A stretch of 64,000 bases of DNA from Tubiluchus corallicola (lineage: Eukaryota; Animalia; Priapulida): positions 124,001 through 188,000 of the forward strand of contig JAQGDQ010000057.1 in assembly GCA_030141605.1 (NCBI GenBank), given 5' to 3'. Below the pieces are notes generated by a model that was not told the origin of the DNA, made no database searches, and worked only from the letters and a program-made list of their open reading frames with translations. Position 1 is the stretch's first letter, and every line of letters begins with the position of its first letter. The position numbers were made by a program, and so were the translations under genes. Shown piece after piece: positions 11,833 to 23,226 of this stretch.

Positions 11833-12293
11833 TATGATGAGGAAACCCTCAGCTACTATAAATTAGAAACTCTAGCTGAGAGGCGCGAGAAAGCTGTAAA
11901 AACTATTTCTCATGTTCAAAAGGATTTTCACAAACTAAATGATTTGTTTTGTCCTCCACAGATTAAACGGCACAAAACCAGAAGCACCAACAAGTCTGAA
12001 TTACTTGATTCCCATCTGCTTTATTGCATTGTGTCAATAATTTTTGCTTTTTGCTTTGCTAATCATTGCACGTTTACGCAATTTTGTTCAAGCCATCACT
12101 TAAACTCTATATTCTATTTAGTAAACTGTAAACTGTATATTCATAGTTTTAAATCATGTTGTGTATTAACCATGTTTACAACAATTTTATCGTGTGTTTT
12201 AATTCATGTATTCATGTATTACAGTACAAGACATACAATCATTATAACCCCTCTGCCCAACATATACAAATTAATACATATATAAATAAAATA
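11833..12293 (+). mobile_element. LINE ORF2 C-terminal fragment plus probable 3' UTR
   Basis: Hand translation YDEETLSYYKLETLAERREK...HKLNDLFCPPQ resembles the CR1/L2-type ORF2 tail (L.TL..RR...H.L..L.PP); ends in AAATAAAATAA. Confidence 0.5.
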
Positions 12294-12509
12294 ACTGAAA
12301 TAGTCCTGGGACTATAATCATATGGATGGTTAAAAAATTTGAAATATTGTGACCTACTTTAAAGTTTGCTGAGGATGTAGCTGTAAAATGCCGCCAAGTT
12401 GCCTACAGTTCTCTATCCTCTTCAGAGCAGATACTTACTGTTGTGGTCAGTTTAACTCCCAAGTCTTTATAAAGTGGGGGAACGGTGTTGTTTTAACATT
12501 TGTCACAAG

Positions 12510-12600
12510 GATCTTAGTATCAAATTAAGTGAGACACATAAAAACTGTTGCATGGCTGAAAAATAGGTTAATCATTTGATGTATGCCGACGAGCGTGTCT
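12510..12600 (+). mobile_element. Decayed LINE RT catalytic-motif fragment
   Basis: DLSIKLSETHKNCCMAEK*VNHLMYADE, a degenerate 'NHLMYADD' with an in-frame stop. Confidence 0.7.
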
Positions 12601-12750
12601 TCGACCAACAAGTAAATCGCTTTGCAATAATTACATGAAGTTGATACAAGAATGCCTTACAAGTGAATGAGAGCAAAAGATATATTTATTTGCAAATTAC
12701 ATGAAACAGTTCTTGGTACTTGGTACTTGGTGCGGCTTTATAAACTGTCA

Positions 12751-13990
12751 CAATCAATGCGTCAAGGTTCGCCGTCTTCATGTTTCTTTTTCACACTTCA
12801 CACCAGTTCGCACATCAATTCTCTTATTCGTGATTTGAAAGCAAAGCGTTGATAGGATGGCTTTTTAGGTTAGCTACACAGCTTACTACTTTTGGACGAT
12901 ACCCACTAGTCGAGAATCGTCGCTAAAAAGTTGAAAAGGGTTATTACAAGGTTTTTGCAGCAGGTCAAGGATACAGATTAGTGAGGAATAAACAAAATTT
13001 ATGATATTAAATAGATCACAGAGAAATTGTTAAGAGCCTCGTTTTTGAGTCGCGGGAAGGTAATGCCTTCTCTGTCTAAACATTCGGCCATGTACTAAAA
13101 TTTATTTTTCGTTCGTTTACAAAAATGGTGACTACTCTTTTACTGTTAAAAGAAAAGTGTTGGAGTCTGCGTTGTTGTCAAACAAATAATCTGTGTTTGA
13201 CATAAATCAGCCTTCCCAGTGTCAACGAATTTATTAGTACTGCGCAATACTTTACCCCCATTCTCTCAAATCGTGCAGGTGCAGTCGATGAACCCTTCAT
13301 GTTTGCATATAATCTGTGCTTGGCTTCAAGTACGCTAGATATCTGAGGACGATGTTAGCATCAGAAGGCGGTATTCTGGATGATAAACGGTCTAAAACAC
13401 TTAGTTCGACAAGCAGGAAAGTCAAGGTTTATAACATATCGTGAGTTAAATCCGGATTTATTGGTGTCGGACGTACATAATTCTAACATACCCGAATTCC
13501 AAAGGGTGAAGTTTTCTAGGTTCCGCTTATCTGCCCACAGGCTGGCTATAGAAACTGGCCGTTGGTCTCATTTACCGAGGGAACGATGCTTGGGTTCGCG
13601 TGGGCTGGTACAGACAGAGCACTGTGTTATATGTGAATGCGCTCATACCCATAATTTGAAAATGAACAATAATAATGTAGATTTCTCAAATTTACGGTCA
13701 TTTTTTCAAATCTCAAGCAAAGTTGGTGTACAAATTTGTAACAGAGGCGTTAAATATGTATGATAATGGTTAAATATGTATGCTAATAGTGTCTGAGTTG
13801 TCGGATTATAATTGATAATGCCGCAGCAATTTGTAAAACTGAATATAACATCCGGTTGTCATTGTATATAGGTGAAATTTTGTGGAAAATATTTTGTACA
13901 CTGCTAGTGTAATTTTTATGAACTGATTCTGCTAAGACCATCTCCATGATTGTATGTTTATATCAGTCAATAAATCTATCTACCTACCTA
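12751..13990 (+). mobile_element. 5'-truncated, decayed LINE (RT core to 3' end)
   Basis: MRQGSPSSCFFF...DGFLG*LHSLLLLDDT (12757-12903) is the RT 'GVRQG...xxDD' region. ORF 13380..13763 has FSRFRLSAHRLAIETGRWSHLPRERCL...QTEHCVICEC, a typical ORF2 C-terminal motif. Ends with AATAAA (13969) and a short TCTA/CCTA tail. Confidence 0.85.
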
Positions 13991-14468
13991 GAAGTAGGTT
14001 TCTGCATTAATTGACTTTCATACCATTTTTGACATTCAGTTGATTGTGAATAATATCTGAACACGTTGACGCTGTTATGGTGCAAGTGTTGTCGTAGGCA
14101 GACTCTAACGTAAGTGGGGTCACGTAAAATGATTAGGGAAGTGTTGTCATAATTGAATAAGCCATTATTGCAATACACGTAGCTAATTGAGTCTACTGTC
14201 TGAAATGAGGTTGAAAATAAGCCTTTTCACAGTTCCAGGATTGACGATGATCGTTAAAAGGTCAAAGGTTAAGTGTACCGGACAATGCATTTGTGTAGAC
14301 CTACACTTGATAACGCCTCACAGCCCACGCTGTTGTAATGGTAACAGTTTTAACGATTAGCTAGAACCTTGCATAATTAAGTAAGACTGACGCATAATTA
14401 AGTAAACTCCACGTAAAACAACTCACATTACTGAAATGATGCGACAGACGACTTTGCTTTACGAACAT

Positions 14469-14656
14469 GTCACGTGGCTGTTGTACTTAAAACGCGTTGC
14501 TAGGGTACACGTAATTTTTGACCTACAGCAACTGCGCGTGCGCGCAACGAAACTATGAAAAGGCTACTGGTACTAAACTGTAATTGTACTCTGTTAGCTC
14601 ACAAACATTGCAACGAATTTTTCTGCTTTTGGAATTGTTTGGAAATAAAAATGGCG
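14469..14656 (+). promoter_or_regulatory. Promoter-like motif cluster (E-box, RFX X-box-like, NRF1-like, YY1)
   Basis: GTCACGTGGC 14469-14478; GTTGCTAGGGTAC 14496-14508; TGCGCGTGCGCGCA 14533-14546; AAAATGGCG 14648-14656; locally CpG-rich. Confidence 0.55.
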
Positions 14657-14751
14657 ATTGTTACGACGGTGGCGTTGACCGACGGCATTGACGATACGGT
14701 GGTGGCAAGTCAGGCATCTTGCATTGAGAAAGTCTTTCCCCGTCCTGAATG
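14651..14751 (+). CDS. Candidate first coding exon of an unidentified gene (MAIVTTVALTDGIDDTVVASQASCIEKVFPRPE-, phase-2 donor)
   Basis: aaaATGG start right after the promoter cluster; GC-rich 101 nt; donor TG|GTGAGA at 14752. No homology recognised and no partner exon identified; could be a non-coding first exon. Confidence 0.35.
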
Positions 14752-15519
14752 GTGAGAAAGGGACTTGCTGAAAAAGTACATAGTTAATAATGAGGTTATA
14801 GTACAGTCCGTATGATGCTTTTATTTATCTATACGTTGCTGTGACGACGACAGCAATGTTAGAAATGAGATGTAAATAAGAGCTTGCTGAGATTGGGGAA
14901 AATTTTAAAAAGAAAATTAGAAATCAAAGTGTACAGTGACTTTTGAGATACCTTGTATTGACATGTGTAGGATTTCCAATACCGTCTCAAGGCTTTTAGC
15001 GCTTCCAGTGGAATTATGAAACAGAGTTTTTGTAAAACTTCTTAAGTCCTACTTGTGTAGTAGACTTACGTACGCTAACACTCATGTTACATTCTCGCAT
15101 ATTATGAAGCCTTATAATTTGTAACATAGAACACACTAACTAAAAGCAAGATTGATTCGGCAAAAATAGCTCTAGTTCCTGTATTTTAGCTTGCGATAAC
15201 TATACAAATTGCAGGTGTATATATGCAGACATGACACCCAATCTGATATGTTATTACCTGTTGTGCACCGGATTTTTTAATATGCACAGAGGAAATAATT
15301 AAACATGTTATGATTACTGATGATGATAATGATGTTGATACTCATTGAAAAGATGAAGGGCTCATGCGGAGTTAACGCTAATTACTAATTAGCAAAGTGT
15401 TAATGGGATGGACGTTAATGATTGGCTTCTCATGAAAGAGTAACCGTCATAATTAACCCATTTCCGTATGGAAGTGAGTTTAGCCAAATTTGATCCTGAA
15501 ATGATTCTGAGATTCAGGT

Positions 15520-15561
15520 TGTCGTCGTCGTCGTCGTCATCATCATCATCATCATCATCAT
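15520..15561. repeat. (GTC)n(CAT)n microsatellite
   Basis: Directly visible. Confidence 0.9.
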
Positions 15562-16140
15562 TTTAACAGATTTGGTATTTTTGCCTTCATTTGCTTCATT
15601 GTTCGATAGTTTACTCGCCTACTGTGCATGTTAACAAAACAATGTTAGAACAGCACTTGAAATCCGTGCAGAACTAAATACAAAATACACTTTCCACCAA
15701 AAACGTACCGCAAAGATGCAAAATACAACCTGCCCTACGTCTGCCCTATTATGAATCTGCCTAAGTGTTTTTTAACTTCATCCTATTTTATAACTGTCTC
15801 GGCTTGCAGCTTATGAATCGGCCGGGTCTGGCTTGTTTTTATTGTGTCTGGGACAGAATAGCGTGCAACAACGCTAACAACGCTAATTCCTTTTAATTAA
15901 TCTTCCTTTCAACGTGACAGAGATGCAAGATTACATGTTGCTAGAGACGCGTGTCATTGTGGAAACTAAAGCTTTATGAAAAGGTCTGTTAATAACAAGT
16001 AAAAAGTGATATATGATCACAGAGAGAGAGAGTGTGTGTGTGTGTGAATTCCAAGCATTAGGAGTTAGCATTTAGTATCACCTTTAAAGCACTTCGAAAC
16101 AGTACCTGGCAGATACGTGTAGATAATTAAAACAACCGTA

Positions 16141-16285
16141 GACTCGTTCAGGTAACGCCGCCCATGAAGACGTCTCACCTGGAGTCATCAGGAGTAACCG
16201 GGCACTGACCAGGAATCGAACTCCGGCACATAGTTATATTTCTGACGAGCGAGTGGCTCGTGAACTGGCATAGTGAACCAGTGAC
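16141..16285 (-). mobile_element. Possible decayed tRNA-derived SINE
   Basis: Minus strand CCGGAGTTCGATTCCTGG resembles a B-box/T-arm; A-box is not convincing. Confidence 0.35.
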
Positions 16286-16286
16286 A

Positions 16287-16440
16287 TTTTACCATTTGAC
16301 GCGAGCATTTTAAATTATGAACAATCTTTTCTAATTACATAAATTTTTCAAACAGATAAGTATAATGGCAAGTGATGTAACATTGTATATTTTGTGATAT
16401 ACTAAATTCCCTTTCCTTTGCCTTTAAAATTTGCCGATTT
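16287..16440 (+). mobile_element. Old dispersed repeat family 'A', copy 1 (partial)
   Basis: Aligns by eye with 29944-30006 plus 30342-30425 and with 53769-53910. Confidence 0.6.
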
Positions 16441-19090
16441 GGTGCGAACCGTAGTCAGTTTTTCTGCCGTTAGAAATTTATGTTTACTTGTAACGTCATC
16501 ACTAGCTGCGCTCTCCGGGCGTTATGTAAGTTTCTAAGCCTATATTTTGTTATCAGAAACGTTTTGGCATTATTATAGGTTATAAAATGTAGATTTTGCT
16601 ATTCTTCAAAACGGGATGGGATCTGTCAGTCTAAGGAAATTGAGCAATCTGTCACTCTACGGAATTTGAACGATTTGTCTGTCTCGAATACCTAGAGTTG
16701 ATGAAACAAGATTATTTTTGCGTTATTGTTTAATGTGACTTTAATCACCAATTTGATGAATTTGTTTAAGATCACTTTCACGAATCTTGGTATCTTCTTA
16801 CTCTGTTCCAATTACTGCGTTTCTTTTATTGTTTTTTGCAGTTGGCTAAAGCGCTTATACTGTTCCTTTAACTGAAATACATTAAATTTAAGTTAGATGA
16901 ATGACATGTCTATACAATACACAAATAGGGCCTATACCTCTTACAGTATATTACACAAATCACAGATAACAAATCTGACTAACATATACATGAAAATTAA
17001 TTTAGAGTGAACATATGCATTGCCATATAAACCCATTAAAATTATAATAACGTAGTAAATCAACATTCTACAACTTCTTGCAAAAAACTGTACAATGATA
17101 ATTATCTGAATTCATATGTTGATTTGGATCCTTATTATTCTGTTGGCAAATGGAAATATATATATATATATACAGTGTATATGTATATATTGGAAAGATA
17201 AATGAATAAGTTTGGCCTAAAAAGTTTACAACGATAAGCTTACTTTCTTCTGTGACTTTTCAAAACTCTCGTGCCTTCATATTACAGACAAGAAATAGAA
17301 AAAACAACGTGACACTGTGGTTGCCAGTTGCTCGTACGTGATGAAGACCGTGAATACGAAGCCTAGAACGGCTCATTGCCCAATTTTAGAGTTCCACATC
17401 TGAAAGCAGAATAGCAGTAAGTGCTCGTCAAGCTCCCCGCACGTTTCACGATCCAAATAAAAGCTTGGAAATTGTTATACGGGTACAAAACACCCAAGAA
17501 GTTACAGCTCAGATTTCATTCGATCGATTAACGATGAGTAAAGAGATGATCGAAGCAGAAAATGTTCGCGTGACGAGAAGCAAAGAAACTGAGGTGTTTG
17601 AGACGACCAGTGGTTGATTCGGGATTGGAGGCCAGTGGGTTTTCAGATGTATTAACAAAGCTGATTTACAAGCAGGTGTGTTACTATTGTAATAGTAATG
17701 TTTACTAATAATTATCGTGCACAAGCCAGCTTTGCCATCTGTGATGACAAGGATGAACGTATTGGCCGTTTGTCTCCTGTTATTGACAGTGTAATTATAC
17801 TCATGTACATTATGTCATCGATCATTTTATAAGCAACAGGCAAAGTAAAACATGTAGGCAAACCAGCAACACAGAGACCTCAGTAACTTGGAATTGTTCA
17901 GCTGGTTAGATTAATTATAATATGTAGTGAGATGCTTTCTAATAATCCGATGACAGGAATTTCGAATCTCAAGTCTTATTCACATTTGAATGTCCTTGGG
18001 AAAGGCGGCTTACTAAATGGTGTTGCCTTTTGTACTTAAGAAAATCGCTTGTTAGTGTTACAGTAGTTGTAACAGTAGAGGACGTATCTGTGTTGGAAAC
18101 TGAAAAACATCATTAAGCACACTTGTGACAACAGCATGACTGCTCATGCTACTCAAGGAAAATATAAATGTTGACGTGAATTATTTGGGCACTTGTCTAA
18201 TCTTACAGTCTGCCACTGTATATATTAGCGACAGATAACCCTAAGGTGCTACCATGGCATAACAAAAATGAATCCGCTACGGAGTGTAAAATTGAGAAAT
18301 AAATTGCAAACAAGCAAGTAAAGGTATTCTTAAAAAGTAATATTTTCCATTTGAAGTTTGAACTTTGGTATTTACATTTTATCTAGGAACGATTAAGTCT
18401 TAAGATAGAGTGGATATTCACAATCACGAACGAAAAACCGGATGTTAGAAGAAGAATTAGCATTTAGTAATGACGAAACTGTGTTTTTGCCAGGTATGAC
18501 GCGGCTAGTTCAGTAAGCTTTATTACTTTCCGATTTATACAATGCTGTAGAAATCTTTGTTTTTAAAGTTCCGTTATGTCTCTACAGCTCAGTTAGTTAG
18601 TCACTGAGACTATTACCAGAGCATATCAGCACAAGCAGCACGTGTTATTTTTCCCGTAATGGTTTGGAGAAATTTAAACTCAAACGTAACGAAAAAACTG
18701 TAGCAGTTTCTTCACACAGGGCGTCAAATGACAGCAATTTGCAGCAACGGCGTAAGAATGAACAACTTTTTGACAAGTTTAATTTGCGGAAACACAGCTT
18801 TTATGATTTCTGCTGCGTTTAAATTCGTTTAATTAAAAACGCAGAACCGACAACTCCTAATAGATTCGAGCAATTGTCTCAAGGTTGCCAGATTAACACT
18901 CACAGTGGCTTCTACTTAAGTTCATAGAACAATGCATGCCAAGCACTGATGATTCTCATACGTGTATAATCTTGATTAATTTATGTGTATTTGGTAAATG
19001 CAGCTGCCCTGTGATGACTATATTCTTGTGCGTTTGTTGGCGTCGTAACATTACAATGCATCCAGCTGCGGGTACAACTACATCTGAAAA

Positions 19091-19190
19091 ATCATCGTCA
19101 TCGTCGTCTGTTTGCCTTCTCCATCATCTCTTAGGTTGAGCCTTCCTCAACCAGATCTTTCAACAGTTTCAGTCATCGAGTTCTTGACTC
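19091..19190 (-). mobile_element. Possible RTE-type LINE 3' end
   Basis: Minus strand ends ...KDLVEEGST* followed by a short UTR and a (GAT/GAC)n tail. Confidence 0.3.
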
Positions 19191-19743
19191 TTCTTGTCTT
19201 ATTCTCGTCTGTAACTAACTGTTTAACGATGCAACACGAAAAAGGCCGGAACTTTCCCGTGTCTATTTCAAGTAAGTAATCCTCGCGTATCCTCTTGACA
19301 GTTTCTGGTTATTACAAATTATTTTAAGCAAGTTTTAATTTTTAGAGTAATCAAAATTAATGACAGATTATTTTCAGAGCGGTTGATTGTAATGATGACA
19401 AAGCTCTTAGCATGTCTGGTCAACCTTTTCCGGGATGTATCATTAAACAATTAGTTACTTCTTGTGCTATTAATTATGACTGATGCTGCAGAACTCTTAC
19501 AGGATATGGATTTATCATTTAGCAACTGATGTTAATATGACTACTCATGTATGCTTCGCCAGGAATTGTATCGCGAGGTCCAGAAAAATGTCCGTTGATT
19601 TATTTATAAGCACAATTTTTTGTTGTTCGATGGTTTCGTTATTTTATGGTGATGTTTGTATAAATGCAAAAGTGTAAAAACCATATGTGTTTTATGTGTT
19701 TTCTATTTATTTATCTTCTGGTTATTGTTTGTTAAATTTCCCA

Positions 19744-19820
19744 TTTTTTCCTGTTCTCTTTTGTCATCAGTTTCCTGTCCTTTTTTTCCTGTTCTCTTTT
19801 GTCATCAGTTTCCTGTCCTT
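19744..19820. repeat. 38-bp tandem duplication in a pyrimidine-rich tract
   Basis: TTTTTTCCTGTTCTCTTTTGTCATCAGTTTCCTGTCCT x2. Confidence 0.9.
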
Positions 19821-22032
19821 TCTTTTTGTTTACTTTTCTCTTTATTTTTCCTCTTCCTTTTCTTTTGTCGTCTTTTTAAGGGCTTTCAGTTTTTTCTTTG
19901 CCGTTTACACTTTCTGTAATTTTGAATCCCATCACTTTATTTTTTCTTATCAATTTTCATCTCCTTTCACGCTTATTACCTTAACTTCGTTTCACTGTTC
20001 ATACGACAATAAACTCTCTACTATCCATTCTTTACCGTTTCTCTCTAGAGAATATGGTGATGTGCTGTAATCCCAGCTTGCTGTCTCCACGACAACCCTT
20101 GAGTTCTCCTCTCACTCCATCCTATTTTGTAGGTAATAATCTTATTCCTGACAACATGGCTCTCTCTCCTCGTCCATTAGTATAAAGACGGTCGATCTCT
20201 CGTTCACTGAGCGTGCTGGTTTATGCATAACAACCAATTTCACGTGGTCGCAGCTGCAATGTAGTCACCCTTTCATAAGAATATTTGCAGCAACACTCTG
20301 TCGCCTATATGGGTATGACTAAGCATCTAGCATACATGCACGCTCAGTTTCTTAACCATTCACGTTAGCACGACATAGTCAGTCAATAATTAAGCTTAAT
20401 TAACGTTGAAAGACTTTAATTCATAGCCGTGCCTATCTTTCTGTCAGGCACGTTTTACACAGGAGAGTCAACGGCGGATAGGCGCATCGTCAATAGGGCA
20501 TCTGTAATGCTGCAAACTGGGTCACTAAACCATGAACAGTTAAGTAAAATTAGTCTTTCACGAATTCTTTCAGTTTCTTGGCAACTGACTGAATTAAATT
20601 TTGATTTCTTTTTGAGTATCATTATGACGTAAAATTCATATGCTGTAAAAAATTGGTGCCGTTTGGCTGCTTAACCTTCCAACTGCTGATTGGGGATGGA
20701 GACAACGAATTCTTAAAATACAAATGACAGCCGTCGCCCAATTAAGAGGTTTCTAGCAGCTGTGAAAATGCATTTGACGTCAGAATTAATGTATCAGTTT
20801 TAAAAACTGTCTAATCTAAACCAAGCAAACTGTAATTATTCAGTATTTATTAAACAGTATTTATTTGCAAAAATAATAGTTTTTTAGCTTATTAGTTTAA
20901 ACTAAACTAAAATGTATTTCAGGAATGCGGTTGCCCTATAAGTTTCTCTGCACATTACAAAAAGCACGAATGTAGAAATATCAATGTACGCCTTAACTTT
21001 AAATTATGTGTAGCATATATGTAAACATACACATGTGATTTTACAATTAGAAGCACATTTACAAAAGAGCCTTGCATTGCATAATAATTTACAGCAGATT
21101 TGCAGACAATTTACAAAGACTGAATACACGTTTATATGTTGACGTTGACACTGTTAATTCGTTGACAAGAATAATTTAAAAACGTTGAACCATCATTAAT
21201 ACTCTTAAAACCACGAGCAAAATAGATGACTGGTTTAATCTTCTTTTGTAATAAATTTAAAAACAGCGAGAAAACTTTAGTTAGATTGATGATTGTTGCT
21301 TGAGATTATACTCATCTGTTTACTATTTATTTAATCTTATTATTTATTATTTATTTAATCTTATGTTACACAGCTTTAGCTCATTATAAATTTCTGTAAG
21401 GCAAAGATAGCGTTGCTATTCATCGCTATTATAATTATTTTCGCAACATTTTTCGTAAAATTTGCATTTAACTTGCAGATTCGCTTTCAGTCTATTTCCC
21501 TTGAGGCAGAAGTTGAATCAGCATCAAGCGAATTGAGTTGCTTGGTTAAAGCTATCAGGATAAAGTTTATGATCATTAAACTTGGTTATGATCTACATTG
21601 TAAAGGCTATGAGCTCTTTCACCACATGACGGCGAATTACTCCGTTAAATTTTCACGTTTTAGTACGCCATTTTAAAATATTGTAACGACGGCGAAATGC
21701 CATTCGATTCGCCCCACTCCCTGCTGTGTAATGGTTCTGTCCGTTACGAAGCCATTACACAATGGCATTTATAAATACGCTGGGATGTAATGGTTCCGCT
21801 GGTTCCAGTAGGACTCTTCACTATTGCAGCACCTGTTCCACTGACAGTGAGGATGCAAGAAGAGCAACCCGGCCGTTTATGAATAAATTTTGCTGTTTCT
21901 ACATGTTGATCAAAGATTTTTAACCATGTGTATCAGCGACGCCCAGTAAATAAATAAATAAATCTAAATTGTCAAATTTTTGAATAGTTTTCATTTTAAA
22001 CATGCTGCCTATATAGATTTACTGTAATACAA

Positions 22033-22198
22033 TTTCATTCAATTCGATTAAAATTTTTATTCCGCATACTAAGACCATATAAAACACAAATACAGTACTA
22101 AAATGAAATAAAATACACTGACACAAAATACAAGACTAAAATGAAATGCATGGTTAGTAAATTAAGAGTTAAATAAATTTTAGAAACCAATTATGTAT
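22033..22198 (-). mobile_element. Dispersed repeat family 'B', copy 1; probable LINE/SINE 3' end with (TTGAA)n tail
   Basis: Aligns over about 165 bp with 33159-33325; minus strand ends AATAAAAATTTTAAT(T/C)GAATTGAA. Confidence 0.7.
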
Positions 22199-22959
22199 TT
22201 TAGATCCGATCAGACTTTTTTACTATTTATTGACTTGACAGAATAAAGTGGCATCCACAAAAATTAATTAATTAAATATGTTTTTTCATTTTTCCGTTCC
22301 TTGTGTTCTGTTTTCATCAAACCGAGTGAATAAATAGAGTTAGTTGTAACTGCCCATACAGTCACATAGAAACCCTTTTGAGCTGATGTACGAGTGTTGT
22401 AAAAACGTTTACGATTAAATTGTCGCAAGACCGCCTTGAAAGAAATTACACTTCACCTACAATTATTTTATTGCCAAAGGTTTCCTCTTCTAATAAAAAG
22501 ACGAATCTGGCAAATTTTACCTGTATTATTGGAGGCGAGATTGTTTTATGGTACCGATAATATAGACCGGTAGGTAATGATTGAACTGTTACGTGCGCAA
22601 TATCAGTTGCTACTTGAAGTGTGGAGTAATATCACGTACAACAGATGCCTTAGTTTCCACTGCAATGATGTTAATTAACAAACATACGTCAAAATTGTTT
22701 TCTCGTACAGGAAGTGAGCTTGGCTACTTGTGTAAAATTGGCTTCCACGTGCAGCTTTTTGCGTGTGGATTTGTCCAGCTGTTGTCCACAAACTTAGCCA
22801 ATATTAAACTCATGTCAAACTGGGTTTAATTAAATTTTGTGACATCGCGCGCGCATGCGCAATGAACAGTGAAATTTGAATGGAACGAACTTTTGTTCAA
22901 ATTACGATCCAACGAATGAATAATCATCTTCGTACGATTAACTGTTCTATGTTCACTTA

Positions 22960-23226
22960 CGGCGTGTTCAGACTAGCGAATTTTCTCGCTAAGTAACTTG
23001 AAAAAGAATATGAGAGTTCTTTGTAACAGTAAGCGTGAGCTCTCCTCTATTCACTACAAGTGTTGATAATAACTTGCCAAAGCGTTCACGTTAGACAGCA
23101 ACTTGCAGGAAATCAACTCGCAGCAACTGTCGGAGAGTTTGCAATTTCTTACCGATAGAATTCGCAAAGGTGTCCAGACTTGCGAATTTGTTTTCACTGA
23201 GAAAAGTCGCTAGTCTGAACGCGCCG
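22960..23226. mobile_element. PIF/Harbinger (Tourist-like) MITE, 267 bp
   Basis: 28-bp TIRs CGGCGTGTTCAGACTAGCGAATTTTCTC / GAGAAAAGTCGCTAGTCTGAACGCGCCG (26/28 complementary), flanked on both sides by a TTA target-site duplication (22957-59, 23227-29). Confidence 0.88.

Noticed and set aside
17309-17330. DTVVAS peptide shared with the orphan exon at 14651
   Set aside because: Six-residue match preceded by a stop codon; likely coincidence.
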